Origin: a bacterium
GTDB taxonomy: Bacteria > UBA10199 > 2-02-FULL-44-16 > DYJF01
Assembly: GCA_041739675.1 (NCBI GenBank)
Contig: JBGSNL010000059.1
Span: 1-36,856 of the forward strand
DNA length: 36,856 nt
Direction of reading: 5' to 3'
Position numbers and translations under genes: made by a program. Under the pieces are notes generated by a model. It was given only the letters and a program-made list of their open reading frames with translations, had not been told where the DNA came from and ran no database searches. Below, in pieces: positions 9,411-19,831 of the stretch (positions are counted from its first letter, which is position 1; each line of letters starts with the position of its first letter).

Positions 9411-10250
9411 ATGATTTTTTTGAGATCAAAAAAAATACTGGCGGTACTTATCGTTGTTGCGGTTTTACAGGGGACTGCACTTGCGGGAGGCGAAACGGAT
9501 GACGAGACAAAGCCGGGCCTTCTTCGTTACAATTGGAAGGTAGATCTGGTCGTCACCGGCATCGCGACGACTGGCTACATCATCACGGCGGCGGCAAAGA
9601 GCAAACTCTTGCCTACCTACTGTCGCTGGTGCGACGTGAACTCATTCGACAACTGGGGTCATGATAACATCAAGTGGGGGAACACCAATGCCGCCAATAA
9701 AGCGGTCTATGTAACAGGTTATGCCCTGGCCCCTATGGCGGCGTTCGGACTCGACGCGCTTGCTGCGGGCCATGATGGAGCTCTTTCCAATTTTCTCCCC
9801 GACGCGCTCATCATTGCCGAAGCGGTATCTCTGTCCGCCTTCACGACGGAACTTGTCAAAATCGCTGCCGGCAGGCAAAGGCCCTACGCCCATTTCGGAG
9901 GAGGATCAACTAGTCCCAGCGACAATAATTCATTTTACTCCGGCCACACGAGTCTAGCTTTTTCACTGGCGGCCGCCAGCGGTACGGTTGCTACAATGCG
10001 CGGATACAGGCTCGCTCCGCTTGTGTGGGGAACGGGGATGGCGATCGCGGCGACGACCGGATACTTGAGCATCGCGGCCGACCGCCACTATCTGACCGAC
10101 GTGATCGCCGGCGCAGTTTTGGGCTCCGCATTCGGAGTCGGGATTCCGTATCTTTTTCACAGGCCGAAAGAGGAAGGTTCTTCGCGCATATCTTTATCGG
10201 CGGCGCCGTTAGACGGAGGCGGGGTCTTGAGTGTCAGCGGAGTGTGGTGA
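9411..10250 (+). CDS. PAP2-family phosphatase-like exported/membrane protein
   Basis: Signal peptide from ATG 9411. KIAAGRQRP (C1), SFYSGH (C2), SIAADRHYLTD (C3 variant). Confidence 0.85.
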   Translation: MIFLRSKKILAVLIVVAVLQGTALAGGETDDETKPGLLRYNWKVDLVVTGIATTGYIITAAAKSKLLPTYCRWCDVNSFDNWGHDNIKWGNTNAANKAVYVTGYALAPMAAFGLDALAAGHDGALSNFLPDALIIAEAVSLSAFTTELVKIAAGRQRPYAHFGGGSTSPSDNNSFYSGHTSLAFSLAAASGTVATMRGYRLAPLVWGTGMAIAATTGYLSIAADRHYLTDVIAGAVLGSAFGVGIPYLFHRPKEEGSSRISLSAAPLDGGGVLSVSGVW

Positions 10251-10284
10251 CTTTTTCGGCGTCGGTTCTCATCCTGCCACAGAT

Positions 10285-10324
10285 AAAAAAAGAAAAGTCC
10301 CCAAAATGGAGACTTTTCTTTTTT
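10285..10324. terminator. Bidirectional terminator between the PAP2 gene and the tRNA
   Basis: AAAAAAGAAAAGTC...GACTTTTCTTTTTT inverted repeat. Confidence 0.8.
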
Positions 10325-10325
10325 G

Positions 10326-10396
10326 CTCGGGGGCAGGGATTCGAACCCCAATACGCAGCTCCAGAGGCTGCAGTCCTACCGTTAGACGACCCCCGA
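10326..10396 (-). tRNA. tRNA-Gln(CTG), CCA not encoded
   Basis: Acceptor TCGGGGG/CCCCCGA, anticodon arm GCAGC-CTCTGGA-GCTGC, T loop TTCGAAT, discriminator G. Confidence 0.95.
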
Positions 10397-10419
10397 AAAA
10401 AATTTTCAAGTGCTGCGGG

Positions 10420-10447
10420 AAGCTATTCGATTGGAAAAAAGAATCAA
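10420..10447 (-). promoter_or_regulatory. Probable tRNA promoter
   Basis: TTGATT-N16-TAGCTT followed by a GC-rich discriminator (CCCGCAGC). Confidence 0.5.
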
Positions 10448-10521
10448 CAAAAATAATCACGGGCGTAAGTAGTCACACGATTGACGGCCCTACGCCTCCG
10501 GATCGCCCAAAAATAGCCCAT

Positions 10522-10534
10522 TATCAACTACTTA
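10522..10534 (+). promoter_or_regulatory. IHF consensus site
   Basis: TATCAACTACTTA matches WATCAANNNNTTR. Confidence 0.45.
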
Positions 10535-10551
10535 CACCCTAAAAAAACCAC

Positions 10552-10579
10552 GCAACTTATGGGAGGGGTCAACCGATAA
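10552..10579 (+). promoter_or_regulatory. sigma28-like alternative promoter, copy 2
   Basis: GCAACTT-N13-ACCGATAA, 40 nt upstream of GTG 10620. Confidence 0.6.
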
Positions 10580-10619
10580 TACTTACAGAGGGTGGTGTCT
10601 GCTCTCTTCGGAGCTATTT

Positions 10620-11936
10620 GTGGCCAACGAGAAGATTGTCAAAACGTTAAATGAAGTTCTCCCGCGCGAATCGATCATCGAGCCGAAATATGTTTATTCG
10701 GATTCCGGCGGATACGTCATCGAGCCTTTGGCTGACGGCAAATATCTAATCACAAACGATCAGGGCGAAAGTTTTACCGGCTGGTACGATTTGTCGGACG
10801 GCCTCTTCCATCTCCAATCTAACGGATTTGAATGGGTCTATGATGAAACGACGGGCATCTACGAAGTCTACGATCAGGAAAGCGGCCGATGCGTTGATCC
10901 CTCAATGACCGAATTCACGGACGGCTACTACTCGTACGAACCCGATTCCGAATCCAGTCCGCAAGAGCAGTCGGTTGCGGGATGGTTTGCATACACGGCT
11001 GAAGATTCGACGCCTGATCCCGCGCCGACGACGGAACGCGCAATTTCGAAAGATGAGGAGCCGTCCGAAACCGAGCCCGTCAAACATGAGTCCCCCTCCA
11101 AACCGAAATCTGTGGATCTGACTCTTGATGACGCGAAGCCGGCATCCCATACATCTTCTCCTTCACTTTCATCTGATAAAGAACATTCCTCTGTTACGAG
11201 TCCTGTGGTGAGTATCACCGATACTCAAGAGACAATTGCAGTTCAGTCATCTGCACCGGTATCTCAGCCGGATAGCGCCGGTGCTCAGCATGTAAGTTTC
11301 GTTCGCGCGGAAGTCGTTCTGCCGGAAACTGCCGGATCGGATAATGCTTCATCTCCATCGGCAACGCTTGTTCTCGGCGCGGCCATCTACAATGCAGAAG
11401 GTGATGAGTCCATCACTGAGTTAGCACATCAAATCGATTATCCTGTCATAGTAAACGTTCAGGAAGACATTGAGACAGAACCGGTGGTTGTTTCTCAAAG
11501 TACCGCCCAATCCGATGAGAGATCGGCAATCGAGTTGCCGGAGTTTGCTATTGGAAGCGAAGAGAATTTGAATGCTGCAGATGAGCCCTCCAATAAAGAT
11601 GTGACAAGGCGTTCTGCGAACGGACATGGTGATGAATCGGTGTCTGAGACGGTCCGCACGTCTGCGGCCCGCCAGAACCCCTTTGATGTCGAATGCGCGC
11701 TGACCGAAAGCACAGAGGAATTCCGTTTCATCGGTTGGCCCATGATTCCGGTCGCGACTGCCGAGGGCATCCCGGTATTTGCCGCCGCAATTCATTCCGG
11801 ACAGCGTGATTATCAGATCCAGCACGTCGCGCGTAACGGAGATCCCCGCGATCAAAACGGAAATTCAGATGAAGGCGGCAATCGCCGCGATCAGGAAAAT
11901 TCCCAGCAAGATGAGCCCGAAGAAGCTCAGGCGTAA
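10620..11936 (+). CDS. Hypothetical acidic, S/E/D-rich low-complexity protein
   Basis: 438-aa ORF with a GGAG RBS. Aromatic-rich N-terminal ~120 aa followed by a long disordered-looking region. No family recognised. Confidence 0.75.
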   Translation: MANEKIVKTLNEVLPRESIIEPKYVYSDSGGYVIEPLADGKYLITNDQGESFTGWYDLSDGLFHLQSNGFEWVYDETTGIYEVYDQESGRCVDPSMTEFTDGYYSYEPDSESSPQEQSVAGWFAYTAEDSTPDPAPTTERAISKDEEPSETEPVKHESPSKPKSVDLTLDDAKPASHTSSPSLSSDKEHSSVTSPVVSITDTQETIAVQSSAPVSQPDSAGAQHVSFVRAEVVLPETAGSDNASSPSATLVLGAAIYNAEGDESITELAHQIDYPVIVNVQEDIETEPVVVSQSTAQSDERSAIELPEFAIGSEENLNAADEPSNKDVTRRSANGHGDESVSETVRTSAARQNPFDVECALTESTEEFRFIGWPMIPVATAEGIPVFAAAIHSGQRDYQIQHVARNGDPRDQNGNSDEGGNRRDQENSQQDEPEEAQA

Positions 11937-11948
11937 AAACTTCCAACG

Positions 11949-12143
11949 TTTCCCACAGAAGCATGGGATAACCTTGTGGACAACTCCCTTTCTTTGAGTT
12001 TTCAGACACCTTAACAGCGCAAAAAATTAGAGTGCACAAAAATTGCGCATCTAACTTGCACGAAAATTAAGATGTTAGGCGAAGCGCGATTTTCGGGCCA
12101 TTATTAAAGGGGCCGACCGGATTTTTCCACAACTTGTGTATAA
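11949..12143. promoter_or_regulatory. DnaA box cluster 2 in a convergent intergenic region
   Basis: TTTCCCACA (11949), TGTGGACAA (11975), and the perfect back-to-back pair TTTTCCACA-ACT-TGTGTATAA (12123-12143). Confidence 0.55.
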
Positions 12144-12171
12144 AGGAGTGTTTTGATACAAAGCGCGGGCT

Positions 12172-14790
12172 TCAGAAAAGACGTTCAAGTTGCACTTGAA
12201 GGTTGTGAATCGCGTGCGTGTCATTAGTTGAGCTGAAAATCTTTTTTTGCGGTTCAGTAAGAATTTTCAAATCGCACATCAGGCGCATCGCATTCGTGAA
12301 ATTTGCCTTTGAAATCGCCTCGCGATGGCCCACGTAACCCAGAAGAAGCATATTTTTTCCCGCCGCCATCATTATTTTTACGAGTTCCTTTTCATCAGCC
12401 GCCGTGATTTCCTGCCGCTTCACGGACGCCAGCGCAATCTTGATGGATTCGAGAAAAATTTGAATCTGGCTCGAAAATGCGGCGAGAATTTCCTTTCCAC
12501 CCTCGTTCATTTCGATGCGGTCGTCCGTGATTTTGATCGCTTTTTGCGCAGCCAGAAAGTCGGTTATCTTCGTGATGTGTTGCGTGATCGGCATCCTGGT
12601 CGAATAGCGGAATTCGTGCTTGAGGATGGCTTTGCAGACGCCGAAATCGCTTTCCAATTGCTCTGCCGTCATGTTTTTCTGTTTTAAAATCAACGTCGAG
12701 ACCACACCGACCGATGCAAAAAAATGGACCGAACCGTTCTTGAAGTAATCGAGCTTGAGCCTTTTGTCCTCATCCACCAGATAAATAGGCACGTCGGTTT
12801 CTTCGTGCAGGCTTATCAGGCGGGAGGCCACAAACTGTGAAATTGCATTGTTTATCGCTGCCTTTGCATCCGAAACTATCGCTTGCGAGAGCGTTGTGCC
12901 TTTTGCCTTCAGCCAATCAAGATAGATAGATGATCGCTCATAGATGGTTTGTGCCGTCATCGCACGCAAGGGATTTGCGAGAATGGCGGCGGCGACTATA
13001 GACTGCGGCGTGACCACGATATTGCGGTTGATTTCACGGCAGATATTTTGCGCGATGGTCTCAACTATCCCCTCGGTTCCACACTGCTTTGCGACTTCCT
13101 GATAGGATACGGGCGCTCCAAAATTCACATATATTTTTCCATAGCGGCCCTTTTGGCGCTTCAAATATTTGACGAGACGCAAAAGGTGGGAGGGTTTTTC
13201 CTTCTCTTTCGACTCGCCCCCGAGTTCGTCCTCGTAGGATTTTTGTTCTATTACGCGGTCGTATGTAAATGAGACGGGTATGAAATGGAGGTCTTCGACA
13301 GCCCGATCGGCAACCGCCTTTGAAAGCATGCGGATCATTCCGTATCTGGGGGGCATGAGTTTTCCGGTCCTTGAGCGTCCGCCTTCGATAAAAAATTCCT
13401 GGGCATAACCTTCCTCAAGCAGGATGCGTAAATAGGTCTCGATGACGAGGCGGTAGAGCTTATTATTCTCAAAGCTGCGTCGTATAAAATATCCGCCGCA
13501 TCGCCGGAAGAACTGGCCCAGAGGCCAGAAGGAGAGATTGAGGCCCGCCGCGACGTGCGGGATCGTCATGTTGTTGTTATAGAAGATGTCCGCAAGGATG
13601 AGATAATCCATGTGACTCTTGTGATTGGGGACAAAGACCACGGGTGCTTTTGAATAGAGTCTTTTTGCCTGTGCGAGCCCCTCCTGATTGAAAACGAGTC
13701 CGGTGAAAAGCGATTTCAAGACCCAACCCAGAAGAAGGTCGCCCACTTCTATGTATGTGTAGTTGATATCCGCCGCGATCTCTTTCACGTATCTTCGCGC
13801 CAGTTCCCGAAGATCGTCGGCGGGGCGGCCCATTTGAGCGGCAAGCTCGCAGATTTTCTGCTGAAACGCCTCGTCCACCAGAACGCGCTCCACGAACCAA
13901 CCCTTGGAACGAACAAGCGGGCCGGTAACCGTCCGGTGCTCCATCTTGATGGTCGTGTGTATTTTTCGCCCAAGACGCCTCGCCTGCTCGCTCTCGTTTT
14001 CATTCGGAGTTTCAGCCAAAAATTTTGCAAGATCGATAGGCTCGCCTATCTTCACGACGGCGCGGTAATTGTAATTTCTCCAGAAGAGAACCATTTTTCG
14101 TATTCGCCCGGGGTTTTCCTTTTCTCCGAAGAGGATGTCGACAATCGAACGGTTCGCGCGGGAAGGCCTCTTGTCCCAGATGAATTCGAGCGGGACCAGA
14201 TAGACGGGGCGCGAGCCTTTTCGGCCGGCGCTTATGACCGCCCCCAAAAGTTTTTGCGAATATGACAGAAGTATCGATTCATCCTCCAGTTCGGTTGGGC
14301 GAATCGATAGAAGGGCGCTTTTGCCGCCGGCGACGAGATCTGTGAGCCATCCCGAAGAAACGGGGTTGGCAATGCCGCCCTCTTTTTGAAGCGTTTCGAG
14401 CTGGAGGGTCAGGGTTGCCTTGAGATCGCGCCACGGCATCCATCTTTCAAGCGAAATGTCATTTGTGAAAGAAGACGAAGGGAGACCCACTTCCCGGAAA
14501 AGGTGGGCAAAATATCCGTACTCGAGCTGACCCACGCCGCGCGCCACATATACAATTGTTCCCTCGCGCGCTGCCCTCATAAGCTCGTTTTCGTCCGCCA
14601 ACTCGAATCTGATCTTCTTGAAAAAAGGAGGCAGGATGAGGCGAAAAAGCGAGTTGCCGCCGTCCATCATGGCTGACGCGTAGACATCGGGCGAGGCATC
14701 GGCTGGGATGACTAACCAGTCGGGCCGGTACCTCTTGATTATCCGGTAGACGGGCAACAAGGCTGCAAGGTGCAGCGGACGTCTTTTCAT
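12172..14790 (-). CDS. plsB: Glycerol-3-phosphate O-acyltransferase, PlsB-like
   Basis: PNHKSHMDY (HX4D), AAGLNL, GGYFIRRSF, FFIEGGRSRTGK. Confidence 0.88.
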   Translation of the reverse strand: MKRRPLHLAALLPVYRIIKRYRPDWLVIPADASPDVYASAMMDGGNSLFRLILPPFFKKIRFELADENELMRAAREGTIVYVARGVGQLEYGYFAHLFREVGLPSSSFTNDISLERWMPWRDLKATLTLQLETLQKEGGIANPVSSGWLTDLVAGGKSALLSIRPTELEDESILLSYSQKLLGAVISAGRKGSRPVYLVPLEFIWDKRPSRANRSIVDILFGEKENPGRIRKMVLFWRNYNYRAVVKIGEPIDLAKFLAETPNENESEQARRLGRKIHTTIKMEHRTVTGPLVRSKGWFVERVLVDEAFQQKICELAAQMGRPADDLRELARRYVKEIAADINYTYIEVGDLLLGWVLKSLFTGLVFNQEGLAQAKRLYSKAPVVFVPNHKSHMDYLILADIFYNNNMTIPHVAAGLNLSFWPLGQFFRRCGGYFIRRSFENNKLYRLVIETYLRILLEEGYAQEFFIEGGRSRTGKLMPPRYGMIRMLSKAVADRAVEDLHFIPVSFTYDRVIEQKSYEDELGGESKEKEKPSHLLRLVKYLKRQKGRYGKIYVNFGAPVSYQEVAKQCGTEGIVETIAQNICREINRNIVVTPQSIVAAAILANPLRAMTAQTIYERSSIYLDWLKAKGTTLSQAIVSDAKAAINNAISQFVASRLISLHEETDVPIYLVDEDKRLKLDYFKNGSVHFFASVGVVSTLILKQKNMTAEQLESDFGVCKAILKHEFRYSTRMPITQHITKITDFLAAQKAIKITDDRIEMNEGGKEILAAFSSQIQIFLESIKIALASVKRQEITAADEKELVKIMMAAGKNMLLLGYVGHREAISKANFTNAMRLMCDLKILTEPQKKIFSSTNDTHAIHNLQVQLERLF

Positions 14791-15263
14791 TTTTCAAGCC
14801 TTGTCATGAGTGCCGCAAGACGTTTGCCGTATTTTATGCACTCTTTTATTGCGCGCTCATCGGGCGCGCCGATTGCCACCGGACCGTAGTGGCCGATGTC
14901 GGAGTTCCCGAGGACGATCATCCCGTGGATGAGAAGCCCCTGAAGGATGGATAAAATGGTTGTCTCGTTACCGCCGCCTATCAAGCCGGAAGACGCGAAG
15001 GCGCCGCCGACTTTTCCCGCGAGTTTGCCGTGATTGGCCACACTGTCATCCAGGAGTTTTTTGACCTCGGCGGCCATGGTGCCGTAATAGGTGGGGCTGC
15101 CGATCACAACGGCTCCGGCGTTTTTCAAATCATCGGCGGTTGTTTTTAAAGTATCTTTCAAGAGGACGTCGCAGCCGCTTTCCTTGGCGCCCTTCGCAAT
15201 CGCCTCTGCCATCTTTTTTGTGTGACCGCTTTTTGAAAAATAGGAAATAAGCATCGTTGGCAT
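14787..15263 (-). CDS. Flavodoxin / WrbA-like NAD(P)H:quinone oxidoreductase
   Basis: YFSKSGHTKKMA, GSPTYYG, GKVGGAFASSG, GGNETT. GGAGG RBS. Confidence 0.88.
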   Translation of the reverse strand: MPTMLISYFSKSGHTKKMAEAIAKGAKESGCDVLLKDTLKTTADDLKNAGAVVIGSPTYYGTMAAEVKKLLDDSVANHGKLAGKVGGAFASSGLIGGGNETTILSILQGLLIHGMIVLGNSDIGHYGPVAIGAPDERAIKECIKYGKRLAALMTRLEK

Positions 15264-15364
15264 ATGGCCTCCTTGTTTCAGGCATCATGCTAAAGGTCGA
15301 AAAATAATGCAAGCCGGGCTTTGCTTGCCTTTCTTGCCGATATAATGATAGGACTCCGCCAGCT

Positions 15365-17113
15365 ATGGGAACCATAAAAGTATTGCCGGAGCACGTCATT
15401 GCTAAGATTGCCGCGGGCGAAGTTGTGGAGAGACCGGCCTCGGTTGTCAAAGAGCTCCTCGATAACGCGATCGATGCGGGGGCAAAATCCATTGAAATCA
15501 ATGTGGCGGGCGGCGGCAAAGATTCGATCGTCGTGATCGATGACGGTTCGGGGATGGAAGCCAGCGATGCAAAGCGCTCCATAGAGCGCCACGCAACGAG
15601 CAAGATATCCTCCGACGAGGATCTTTTCAAGATACGCACAATGGGTTTCAGGGGCGAGGCGCTCTCCGCCATCTCTGCAATCTCAAAGATGACCATTGAA
15701 ACGAAGGTGGCGGGCACGCTTGAAGGAACTCTTGTCAGCGTTGAGGGGGGAGCCCTCAAAGAGGTGAGGGCGACAGGCTGCCCCGCCGGAACGAAGGTCG
15801 TCGTCGACGATCTCTTTTATAATGTTCCCGCCAGGAAAAAGTTCCTCAAATCCGATGGTGTTGAATACGGTCATATCGCCGATTGTGTTTCGTCGATGGC
15901 GCTTTCAAACAGCCGGATCCGTTTTGAGCTTTCGCACGGAGGCTCTCCTAAAATCCGCTGTCACCGAACGGGTGATCCAAAAAATAGAATCGAAGACGTC
16001 CTGGGCGCGGATGTGAAAAACTCAATTTTCGAGTTCGCCGAAAAGGGCGACGGAATTGAGATCAACGGTTTTATAGTGAAGAGCGGCCTTGATCGGGCGA
16101 CCGCGAAGGATATCCACTTTTTTGTCAACGGCAGGCCCGTGAAGGACCGAATCCTCCAGCACGCGCTTCTTTCCGGCTTTGAAACTTTTTTACCGCGCGG
16201 CTCCTATCCCGTTGCGGTCTTGTATATCAATATAGATCCGGAACTTGTTGACGTGAACGTCCATCCGACAAAGCGCGAGGTGCGTTTTGCAAAAAGCGGT
16301 ATGGTCCACGATTTCGTGGCGAGTGCTGTGAAAAAGGTAGTCTCGGGCGGAGATCGTTTGCTTTCGCGGCAGAACGGTCGGGAGTACGACGTCGTTTTTG
16401 GGTTACGGCCCAAAAACGCGTCTCGTGTCTCGGATCCTGCGGCATCATATCCATGGATGCAGTCGCCTCCGACACGCCTCCCGACCGGTCCTGCCGCTCA
16501 GCAGACGACCTCCGCCACTGTGACCATGTTGATATCGGATCAGCTGCGTGTCATCGGCCAGCTGGATCGCGCTTTCATTGTATGCGAAGGGGATGAAGGG
16601 AAACTCGTTCTCATAGATCAGCATGCGGCGCATGAGAGGCTGGGGTTTGAAGAGTTGAGGGGGCAGCTTGCAAAGGGCCACGTCGAGGTCCAGCGCCTGC
16701 TTTTACCGGAACGGATCGATCTTTCGCCCAGGGAGAAAGCCGTGATCATGGAGCATATCAGAGGCATCGAGACCGCCGGGTTCGAGACGGAAGATTTTGG
16801 AGGGGGCACGGTTGTGATCAAGGCGGTTCCCGCCATTCTGGGCGACGTCTCGCTCAAAAATCTTTTCGAGAAATTTGCCGTCGAGCTTTCGGATTTTGAA
16901 TCATCTGCCGCGGCGGATGAAGAGACGGACAAAATATTTCAGGTGGTCGCGTGCCACCGTCAGGTGCGCGCCGGAGATTCGCTGTGCAAAGAAGAGATGG
17001 AATCGCTCGTTCGCCAGATGGAGCAGGGCGGTATTTCCCACTGCCCCCACGGCCGTCCGGCCCTCGTGACAATCGAACGCTCGGAGGTCGATAAGTGGTT
17101 CAAGAGAAGTTGA
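15365..17113 (+). CDS. mutL: DNA mismatch repair endonuclease MutL
   Basis: IAAGEVVERPASVVKEL, GFRGEAL, VDVNVHPTK, DQHAAHER, ACH, CPHGRP (MutH-less endonuclease type). Confidence 0.97.
   Translation: MGTIKVLPEHVIAKIAAGEVVERPASVVKELLDNAIDAGAKSIEINVAGGGKDSIVVIDDGSGMEASDAKRSIERHATSKISSDEDLFKIRTMGFRGEALSAISAISKMTIETKVAGTLEGTLVSVEGGALKEVRATGCPAGTKVVVDDLFYNVPARKKFLKSDGVEYGHIADCVSSMALSNSRIRFELSHGGSPKIRCHRTGDPKNRIEDVLGADVKNSIFEFAEKGDGIEINGFIVKSGLDRATAKDIHFFVNGRPVKDRILQHALLSGFETFLPRGSYPVAVLYINIDPELVDVNVHPTKREVRFAKSGMVHDFVASAVKKVVSGGDRLLSRQNGREYDVVFGLRPKNASRVSDPAASYPWMQSPPTRLPTGPAAQQTTSATVTMLISDQLRVIGQLDRAFIVCEGDEGKLVLIDQHAAHERLGFEELRGQLAKGHVEVQRLLLPERIDLSPREKAVIMEHIRGIETAGFETEDFGGGTVVIKAVPAILGDVSLKNLFEKFAVELSDFESSAAADEETDKIFQVVACHRQVRAGDSLCKEEMESLVRQMEQGGISHCPHGRPALVTIERSEVDKWFKRS
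16346..16516. repeat. 171-bp branched palindromic element in frame within the mutL linker
   Basis: Outer arms GGCGGAGATCGTTTGCT / AGCAGACGACCTCCGCC, second arms GCGGCAGAACGGTCGGGAG / CTCCCGACCGGTCCTGCCGC, two internal hairpins. Confidence 0.85.
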
Positions 17114-18020
17114 TGAAAATCGTGATAGTGTGCGGGCCCACCGCAGTGGGCAAGACGACCGTCGGGACCGAACTTGCCAGACATTTTGCGGGCGAAATCG
17201 TCAATGCGGATTCACAGCAGGTCTGGAAGGGCCTCGATATCGGAACGGCAAAACCTGATCCTGAAATCCGCGCTGAAATTCCCCATCATCTGCTGGACAT
17301 CGCTGATCCCGCCGAAAGTTTCGACGCCTCGCGGTTCATCTCTTTGGCCGACGAGGCGATAAAAGAGATAGTGGGGCGCGGTAAAAACGTCTTCGTCGTG
17401 GGCGGCACGGGGATGTATATCCGCATGCTGGTCCACGGTCTTTGCGGCGCTCCGCCCGGAGACGAAAAACTGCGCCTGAAACTCTCGAAGGAAATTGAAG
17501 ATGCGGGGATAGAGAAGCTCCATGAGAGGCTTGCGCGGATAGATCCCGTGACGGCGAAGGTCGTTCACAAAAACGACAGGACGCGCATCGTACGCGCCCT
17601 TGAGATCTTCGAGTCGTGCGGTGTCCCGGCCAGCGAATTTTACCGACAACACAGATTCGATGAGCGGCGTTACAATTCCCTGAAAATAGGTCTCGACATT
17701 CCAAGGGACGATCTTTACGGCCGGATCGATCGGCGCGTTGACCAGATGTTGGGCGAGGGATGGACCTTCGAAGTGGAATCGCTTGTCAAAAAATACGGCA
17801 TAGAGAGCCAGGCCTTTTCCGCCATCGGATACAGGGAGATCGCATCTCATCTGGCAGGAGAGATGAGCATGGACGACGCGGTGGAGCTCATAAAGCGGAA
17901 TTCGAGACGGTTCGCGAAAAGACAGCTTACGTGGTTCCGCGCGGACCGCGAGATTGTCTGGTTCGGTCTTTCGCAGATGGAGCAAATCACGCGCGAAGTG
18001 AAAGAATTTCTGAGTAATAA

Positions 18021-18024
<4 letters not shown>
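17113..18024 (+). CDS. miaA: tRNA dimethylallyltransferase
   Basis: GPTAVGKT, DSQQV, DIGTAKP, VGGTGMY, FAKRQLTWF. TGATG coupling to mutL. Confidence 0.96.
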
Positions 18025-19371
<1,347 letters not shown>

Positions 19372-19375
19372 AATT

Positions 19376-19831
19376 ATGGACAGCTCCGACACGACGCGGA
19401 TCGTCCCCTTTGACGAGGCCGATCTCGATGAGGTAATGAAAATCGAGAACGTCTCGTTTGCCACCCCGTGGACGAGGCAGTGCTATCTCGATCTTGCCCC
19501 GCTGGGTACGATCCACTTTTTTGTTGTCAAAAGCCGGGAAAATGTAGTGGGGTACATGCTCTATCAGGGCTGGGGGGACGAGCTGGAGCTTCATACTATT
19601 GCGGTATCCCCAAAGGCACGCCGGCAGGGCATTGCGAAGAAGATGCTTGAATATATGATAGGTGATGCGCGCGAGCGCGGTGTGGAGCGGATATTCTTGC
19701 AGGTCCGGCCCTCGAATACGCCGGCGCGCACACTTTATGAAAAATTCGGTTTCGGCGTCGTGGGGACGCGCCGCGCATACTACCGGGACAACAACGAAGA
19801 CGCTTACGTGATGAGGCTGACACTCTCATGA
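19376..19831 (+). CDS. rimI: Ribosomal-protein-alanine N-acetyltransferase (GNAT)
   Basis: IENVSFATPW, IAVSPKARRQGIA, LQVRPSN, YEKFGF, RRAYY, EDA. Start at ATG 19376. Confidence 0.88.
   Translation: MDSSDTTRIVPFDEADLDEVMKIENVSFATPWTRQCYLDLAPLGTIHFFVVKSRENVVGYMLYQGWGDELELHTIAVSPKARRQGIAKKMLEYMIGDARERGVERIFLQVRPSNTPARTLYEKFGFGVVGTRRAYYRDNNEDAYVMRLTLS

Noticed and set aside
9100..10396. tRNA-anchored integrative element carrying the PAP2 gene
   Set aside because: No integrase and no direct repeat of the tRNA 3' end found in the window
12031..12046. sigma54-like GTGCAC-N5-TTGC
   Set aside because: Lacks the invariant -24 GG and points at the 3' end of a convergent gene
15336..15343. GCCGATAT upstream of mutL as a fourth sigma28-like promoter
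   Set aside because: No GCAACTT at the 13-nt spacing; the overlapping TATAAT explains the site
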